Part shown: positions 59,084 to 64,000 of the stretch, piece by piece
Layout: every line of letters begins with the position of its first letter
Position numbering within the stretch: position 1 is the stretch's first letter
Assembly (NCBI GenBank): GCA_964545945.1
Contig: CAZJID010000001.1
Span: 12,543-76,542, forward strand
Source: an uncultured Dehalococcoidales bacterium
GTDB lineage: Bacteria > Chloroflexota > Dehalococcoidia > GIF9 > UBA5629
Length of the DNA stretch: 64,000 nt
Reading direction: 5' to 3'
Made by a program: the position numbers and the translations under genes
The notes under the pieces: model-generated
Told to the model about the DNA's origin: nothing
What the model saw: the letters and a program-made list of their open reading frames with translations, nothing else
Database searches by the model: none

Positions 59084-59716
59084 ATGGCACGTTACATTGA
59101 CGCTAAATGCCGCATATGCCGTCGTTTTGGCGATAAACTGATGCTGAAGGGGGACAGGTGTTTTACCTCCAAGTGCGCTTTTGAGCGCCGGAATGTTCCC
59201 CCCGGTTATAGTGGCACAAGTAGACGCCGACCCAAAAAGTCTGACCGCGGGCTTCAGCTCCAGGAAAAACAGCGGGCCCGCTATTCCTACGGACTTATGG
59301 AGAGACAGTTTCGTAAGTTTTTTGCCGAGGCGGAAAGAATACAGGGTATTACCGGAGAAAATCTTTTAATTTTGCTGGAGAGACGGTTAGATAACGTAGT
59401 CTTCAGATTTGGTTTTGCCAGCTCACGTGCTCAGGCCAGACAGCTGGTACGCCACGGCCACTTTCTTTTGAACGGCCGCAAGACTGATATACCTTCTTGT
59501 CTGATAAAGCCCGGCGACCTTATTACTTGGCGTGAGCACAGCACCAAGTCTGAATACTACAAAACACTGGTGGAGGAGATCGAGGGCAGGACAATTCCCG
59601 GGTGGCTGTCTTTAGATAAACAGAAAATGGCGGGTCAAATTGTTAATCTACCCACACCTGAAGATATCGAAGTTAAATTCGATGAGAAAGCTATCGTTGA
59701 GTACTATTCTCGTTAA
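59084..59716 (+). CDS. rpsD: 30S ribosomal protein S4
   Basis: MARYIDAKCRICRRFG zinc-finger N-terminus; start trimmed to ATG 59084. Confidence 0.9.
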   Translation: MARYIDAKCRICRRFGDKLMLKGDRCFTSKCAFERRNVPPGYSGTSRRRPKKSDRGLQLQEKQRARYSYGLMERQFRKFFAEAERIQGITGENLLILLERRLDNVVFRFGFASSRAQARQLVRHGHFLLNGRKTDIPSCLIKPGDLITWREHSTKSEYYKTLVEEIEGRTIPGWLSLDKQKMAGQIVNLPTPEDIEVKFDEKAIVEYYSR

Positions 59717-59725
59717 GGAGGCCCA

Positions 59726-60745
59726 TTGGCTGGCTTAGCACTACCAAAAGTAGAATGTATTGAAGGCAACGAAACCTACGGGCGTTTCATCGCCGAACCC
59801 GTGGAGAAAGGCTTTGGCGTTACGCTGGGTAATGCCTTACGCCGGGTGCTTCTCAGTTCGCTGCCCGGTGCCGCCGTAACCTGGGCCATGATTGAGGGTG
59901 TCCAGCATGAATTTTCAACCATCCCTCACGTTAAAGAGGATACCATAGATTTCCTGCTTAACGTTAAGGCGATGCGGCTGCGCCATCTTGCCCAGCGCTC
60001 CGGAAAATTGAGGTTAGAGGCTAATGGAGAAGGTCAGATTAAGGCCGGAGACATTCAACCGTCGTCGGATTTCGAGATCGCTAACCCCGAGCTCTACCTC
60101 GCCACTCTGGACGCACCCGATGCCAAGCTGGATGTAGAATTCAATGTCGAGATAGGCCGAGGATATGTACCTGCCAGTTCCAGCGATAGCCTGCCTATCG
60201 GGGCAATTCCTATAGATGCCATTTTCACGCCGGTACGCAAAGTTAATTACTCGGTAGAGACCAGCAGCCTTCGGGAGGTAAGCAATCAGGAAAAACTTCT
60301 AGTCGAGGTCTGGACCGACGGCACCATATCTCCGATAGAGGCGGTTAGCCAGAGCGCGGCTATCCTTATAGAGCAGTTCGGCTGCTTCCGCGAGCTGGCT
60401 AAAGCTATAACAAAAGAGGGAGCCGAAATAGTCTGGCAAAGGCTGATTCCTCCCGAGCAGTACTTGATGCCTTTGGACCAGTTGAATTTATCCACACATA
60501 CCTATAACAGCCTGAGAAGAGGCGGCGTAACTACGTTGGGCCAGATTTTGGAAAAGGGCCTGGACGGGCTGTGTGCGCTGGCCGGCTTTGGCGCCAAGTC
60601 CAGAGAAGAGGTTGAAGCCGCCCTTAAACGTCTTGACCTGCCGTTCATCCCTGAGGCTAAAGAGAAAAAAGAGAAGAAGGGCAAGGCTGAAGCATCTGAG
60701 GAAGAGGAAAATACTGAAAATCTGGAAGGAAAGGCTGAAGATTGA
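59726..60745 (+). CDS. rpoA: DNA-directed RNA polymerase subunit alpha
   Basis: Size, position and NTD/CTD architecture. Confidence 0.95.
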   Translation: MAGLALPKVECIEGNETYGRFIAEPVEKGFGVTLGNALRRVLLSSLPGAAVTWAMIEGVQHEFSTIPHVKEDTIDFLLNVKAMRLRHLAQRSGKLRLEANGEGQIKAGDIQPSSDFEIANPELYLATLDAPDAKLDVEFNVEIGRGYVPASSSDSLPIGAIPIDAIFTPVRKVNYSVETSSLREVSNQEKLLVEVWTDGTISPIEAVSQSAAILIEQFGCFRELAKAITKEGAEIVWQRLIPPEQYLMPLDQLNLSTHTYNSLRRGGVTTLGQILEKGLDGLCALAGFGAKSREEVEAALKRLDLPFIPEAKEKKEKKGKAEASEEEENTENLEGKAED

Positions 60746-61095
60746 GACATCGCATAGCCGGACGAAAACTAAGCCGGCCCACGGCGCATCGCTGGGCACT
60801 TTACCGTAACCTGGTAGCCGATCTGGTTAAATACGAGAAAGTTATTACTACCGAGGCCAAGGCAAAAGAAATCAGAGGGCTGGCCGAAAAAATGATTACA
60901 CTGGGGAAAGAAGGCAGTTTGGCCTCCAGACGGCGGGCTCTGGCTTTTGTTACCGATACCAAACTTGTTGATAAGATTTTCACAGAACTGGCACCGAGAT
61001 ATGCAGAGCGTGCCGGTGGTTATACCAGGGTAGTTAAGATGGGACGGCGGGTCGGTGACGGCGCGCGGCTGGCCCAAATTCAGATGGTAGAATAA
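60742..61095 (+). CDS. rplQ: 50S ribosomal protein L17
   Basis: MRHRIAGRKLSRPTAHR; TTG start overlapping rpoA stop. Confidence 0.9.
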   Translation: MRHRIAGRKLSRPTAHRWALYRNLVADLVKYEKVITTEAKAKEIRGLAEKMITLGKEGSLASRRRALAFVTDTKLVDKIFTELAPRYAERAGGYTRVVKMGRRVGDGARLAQIQMVE

Positions 61096-61107
61096 GAATA
61101 AACCCTG

Positions 61108-61887
61108 TTGGTTAAGCTCTTTAACAGTGTTAACAAAGTTGTTTTGGTGGTGGAGTACGACGGTAGAAATTACTGCGGCTTTCAGTTGCAGGCCGGCTTG
61201 CCGACAATTCAGGCCGAGCTGGAAAGCGCTATACGGAAGGTTACCGGAGAGAGTAGCCGTGTAATGGCCGCCAGCCGGACGGATACCGGCGTACATGCCA
61301 GAGGCCAGGTAGTTAGCTTCCGGACCAAATCGAGCTTAACTCCGCGGGTTTTTATCAGAGCTTTAAACTACTATCTGCCCATGGATATTGCGGTCAAAGG
61401 CGCCTGTAAAGTGGATATGGATTTTAACGTCAGGCGTGATGCCGTGAGCCGGGAGTATGACTATCGTATATTGAATAGCTCGACCCGGTCTCCTTTGCTG
61501 GAGGGCTTTGTTTATTTTATGCCGAGGAAATTGAATACGAGAATTATGAATAAAGCATGTGAATTTCTTGAAGGCGAACATGATTTCGCCAGCTTTGCTG
61601 CGGCTCTGGGAAAGCTGGGAAGCACCGTGCGCACAGTACACAGGGCTAATGTAGCTAAGCACGGCGATGTAGTTACATATAATATGATAGCTAATTCATT
61701 TCTTCCCCACCAGGTCCGAAACACTATCGGCCTGCTCATCAGAGTAGGTTTAGGTAAAGTGGGGCTTGATGAATTTCGTCAGATTATGGATACCAGAGAA
61801 GTGGGACTGGCCGGACCGACGGCGCCCGCTTACGGCCTGTGTTTGACGAAAGTTAATTATCCGAGTAATCTGGAGCTGGCAATATGA
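61108..61887 (+). CDS. truA: tRNA pseudouridine(38-40) synthase
   Basis: [15 protein letters not shown] and RTDTGVHA catalytic Asp motif; exact start uncertain (no ATG; TTG/GTG candidates). Confidence 0.85.
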   Translation: MVKLFNSVNKVVLVVEYDGRNYCGFQLQAGLPTIQAELESAIRKVTGESSRVMAASRTDTGVHARGQVVSFRTKSSLTPRVFIRALNYYLPMDIAVKGACKVDMDFNVRRDAVSREYDYRILNSSTRSPLLEGFVYFMPRKLNTRIMNKACEFLEGEHDFASFAAALGKLGSTVRTVHRANVAKHGDVVTYNMIANSFLPHQVRNTIGLLIRVGLGKVGLDEFRQIMDTREVGLAGPTAPAYGLCLTKVNYPSNLELAI

Positions 61888-62327
61888 AGACATATTCTGT
61901 AAAAGCTAAAGATATCGAGCGCCGGTGGCATGTTATCGATGCCTCGGGACAGACACTGGGCAAGCTGGCGACTCAGGTGGCCAACTTGCTCATGGGCAAG
62001 CATAAGCCTACATACACTCCGCATATGGATACCGGTGATTTTGTCATCGTACTGAATGCTACCAAAGTTAAAGTAACCGGAAAGAAGCCGAAGCAAAAAA
62101 CTTACTACCGGCATTCGGGATATCCGGGCGGAATTAAAGCTGAGACCTATGAAGAGTTAATGGCTGCTCACCCTACCAGAGTTATCGAGCATGCCGTCAA
62201 GGGCATGTTACCGCATAACCGGCTGGGTAGAGCCATGTATAAGAAGCTCAAAGTTTATACCGGTGATAGCCATCCGCATCAGGCCCAGGTTGCCGCCGGA
62301 ACAAAAACGACTGCAAAGGGGAGTTGA
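61884..62327 (+). CDS. rplM: 50S ribosomal protein L13
   Basis: [29 protein letters not shown]. Confidence 0.95.
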   Translation: MKTYSVKAKDIERRWHVIDASGQTLGKLATQVANLLMGKHKPTYTPHMDTGDFVIVLNATKVKVTGKKPKQKTYYRHSGYPGGIKAETYEELMAAHPTRVIEHAVKGMLPHNRLGRAMYKKLKVYTGDSHPHQAQVAAGTKTTAKGS

Positions 62328-62728
62328 ATCTCGTGACTACTCAGACATACGACCGCGGCACAGGCAAACGCAAGTGCGCTATTGCGCAGGTGAAGCTATT
62401 CTCAGGCAAAGGACAGATTACGGTCAACGGCAAGCCTTACGAAGACTTTTTCCCTCGTCTGGAGCATCGTCGCACCATTGAGCAGCCTTTCAAAGCTACG
62501 GACACCATCGGTAAGTACAATGTTGAAGTTAAAGTGACCGGCGGCGGCGTTACCGGACAGGCCGAAGCTGTCAGGCACGGCATTGCCAGAGCTTTGGTGG
62601 CGACCAACGAGCAATTCAGGTCCCTGCTGCGTCAGGAGGGTCTGCTTACCCGCGACGCCCGCGTGAAAGAACGCAAGAAGTACGGTCTCAAACGCGCCCG
62701 CAAAGCGCCTCAGTATACCAAGCGATAA
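62324..62728 (+). CDS. rpsI: 30S ribosomal protein S9
   Basis: [15 protein letters not shown] ... [16 protein letters not shown]; start TTG 62324 or GTG 62333. Confidence 0.9.
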   Translation: MNLVTTQTYDRGTGKRKCAIAQVKLFSGKGQITVNGKPYEDFFPRLEHRRTIEQPFKATDTIGKYNVEVKVTGGGVTGQAEAVRHGIARALVATNEQFRSLLRQEGLLTRDARVKERKKYGLKRARKAPQYTKR

Positions 62729-62777
62729 AGCTTGCGTATGTAGTACCTCATTGTTGAGATACCATTTGCTACTCAAT

Positions 62778-63113
62778 CTATAGACTGATGATGTCGCTGC
62801 CCAGCATTGATTGAATCGATTTCATCATATTCGTCGGCTTGCCCACCGCCAGCTTATCCGTCAGCTCGAAATGTTCTAGGCAGGTGGCGCAGGCCAGCAA
62901 TTCCACGCCCTGTTCTTCAAGCAGCTTCAAACGGTTCAACACCGGAGAGCCATCGCATAAAAGGCGTACACCGGTATTCCAGAACACCATGCTGCCCGGT
63001 TTGTCTTCGTTTTCACCGAGCAATCTGAGAAAATTTGTCATTAGCATCGAACCGAGCTGGTCGTCTCCCCTGCCCAGCCCCTCCGATTGGATAAGAAATA
63101 CTTTCTGTTTCAA
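62778..63113 (-). CDS. DsrE/DsrF/YchN-like small protein
   Basis: 111 aa; MKQKVFLIQSEG ... CATC pattern resembling the DsrE family. Confidence 0.5.
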   Translation of the reverse strand: MKQKVFLIQSEGLGRGDDQLGSMLMTNFLRLLGENEDKPGSMVFWNTGVRLLCDGSPVLNRLKLLEEQGVELLACATCLEHFELTDKLAVGKPTNMMKSIQSMLGSDIISL

Positions 63114-63143
63114 TTATGTCTCCTTACTTGTATATTTTTTGTT

Positions 63144-63184
63144 AAATAAAAAAGCGATGGGCCGAGACACTCCGAACCATCGCT
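63144..63184 (-). terminator. Intrinsic terminator downstream of the SIS-domain isomerase gene (stem aagcgatgg/ccatcgctt plus U-run in minus-strand sense)
   Basis: Hairpin 63152-63184 followed (minus sense) by tttttattt. Confidence 0.55.
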
Positions 63185-63368
63185 TCGGGAGGCGGTTTCT
63201 AAAATTTACTAAGCAGCCATTAACCTCCCGATGTTGCATAAACGGAGGTCTTTCGAGCAAATGACCGATGCACAACTTGCACCGAGCCATCTGGCTCAAA
63301 CTCAGGTAAATCGAAAATACATTATAGCGGTCATCGCTCTCACCTCCTTTCAACTACTGGATTTAACC

Positions 63369-64000
63369 CTATTTCTCTTCGCTCAGCCGTTTCTTCAGGT
63401 ACTCGATAATTTTGACCGGCGTAGGGTCGGTCTCGTTGAGCATTGCCAGATAGAGGCTGACCCAGTCGCCCAGGTAAATCAGGCTCATCATCTGGCTCAA
63501 TTCGCTTTTGCCGCGGCTGTCAATGATTTCGTAACCGATGCCGCTCTGTGCCAGCATGTCACCGGTTATCTTGTAGCGAAGCAATATCCGATGATGCAGC
63601 GCAGGGCAGCGCAGCATTACCACATATATTTCAGATGTCAACTTCTGCGGGAACTGGTAGCCGACCACGGCATTGTGGTTGAGCTCAGAAAATATCTCAT
63701 AAAAGGCGCAGGCTTTGCCGTTCTCGTTCATCTGCGTCTTCCAGCGATGTGCCACCTGCGACAGGATACCCGCACCGTAGATGACGGCTATCTTACCGGA
63801 CAACTTTCCAGCCAGCTGTTTGGCCCGGTTTGAGCCGGTGGGCACGGTCTCCTTGAGCTCTGCCAGCTGCTTCTCCAGGTCTTTAATCATCCCCTCGACC
63901 TCGACAGTCTGGTCTTTGACAAGCCCCAGCGTCTGCAGGAAAGCTATTAACGACATGAAACCGTAGCCCAGTGCCGCCCTTGGCTGGCCGACATAATCTA
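63369..64000 (-). CDS. SIS-domain sugar isomerase, bifunctional phosphoglucose/phosphomannose isomerase-like (C-terminal part; probably extends beyond window end)
   Basis: SIS-domain sequence (KIAVIYGAGILSQVAHRW ... ) and C-terminal PGI/PMI-like region; reading frame remains open to position 64000. Confidence 0.55.
   Translation of the reverse strand, partial: DYVGQPRAALGYGFMSLIAFLQTLGLVKDQTVEVEGMIKDLEKQLAELKETVPTGSNRAKQLAGKLSGKIAVIYGAGILSQVAHRWKTQMNENGKACAFYEIFSELNHNAVVGYQFPQKLTSEIYVVMLRCPALHHRILLRYKITGDMLAQSGIGYEIIDSRGKSELSQMMSLIYLGDWVSLYLAMLNETDPTPVKIIEYLKKRLSEEK

Noticed and set aside
63114-63353. 79-aa minus-strand ORF between the DsrE-like and isomerase genes
   Set aside because: It overlaps the intrinsic terminator hairpin and U-run; there is no RBS; likely non-coding.

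Overview
The window is a bacterial chromosome segment, most likely Chloroflexi or Dehalococcoidia-like (bacterial r-proteins, dnaA, gyrA and gyrB present; no tuf between fusA and rpsJ). Three blocks stand out. (1) Positions 900-14631 are a 12-gene minus-strand operon. It encodes an archaeal-type CO dehydrogenase/acetyl-CoA synthase (CdhA, CdhB, CdhC, AcsC, AcsD) plus the AcsE methyltransferase. This core is bracketed by two paralogous NuoE/NuoF (HydC/HydB)-like flavoprotein modules. One module also carries a NuoG/HydA N-terminal-only Fe-S protein. No hydrogenase or formate dehydrogenase catalytic subunit is present. A divergent TIGR03960-like radical SAM gene and an AMP-forming acetyl-CoA synthetase follow. 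(2) Positions 18.8-42.7 kb are a housekeeping and origin-proximal region. It holds rplY, a hybrid PAS histidine kinase, hydrolases, gyrA (unusual KP-repeat tail), a TPR protein, nifU-like, lysC next to an ApgM-family protein, tRNA-Pro, mazG, a Zn-peptidase, fmt, dnaA with a downstream DnaA-box/AT-rich oriC, obg, nadD, gyrB and an uncharacterised Cys-rich/Fe-S operon. Embedded here is a 1.5 kb islet (30895-32420) bounded by tRNA-Pro(CGG) and a divergent copy of a tRNA 3' end. It carries a type-Ib-like partition cassette (Soj-like ParA plus a small RHH ParG-like protein) and two arrays of 9-bp iterons immediately upstream of parA. No integrase is present; it looks like a remnant of an integrated plasmid or integrative element. 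(3) Positions 42.9-62.7 kb are the str-S10-spc-alpha ribosomal superoperon (rpsL through rpsI, with secY, adk, map, infA, rpoA, truA). It includes an unlisted 31-codon ORF between rplW and rplB that resembles the mycobacterial small ribosomal protein bS22, and an unlisted rpmJ. Other oddities: an amidase gene at the window start with an apparent +1 frameshift after codon 20, a 15-bp perfect inverted repeat in the promoter region of the Wood-Ljungdahl operon, and a tandem PAS-domain duplication in the histidine kinase.
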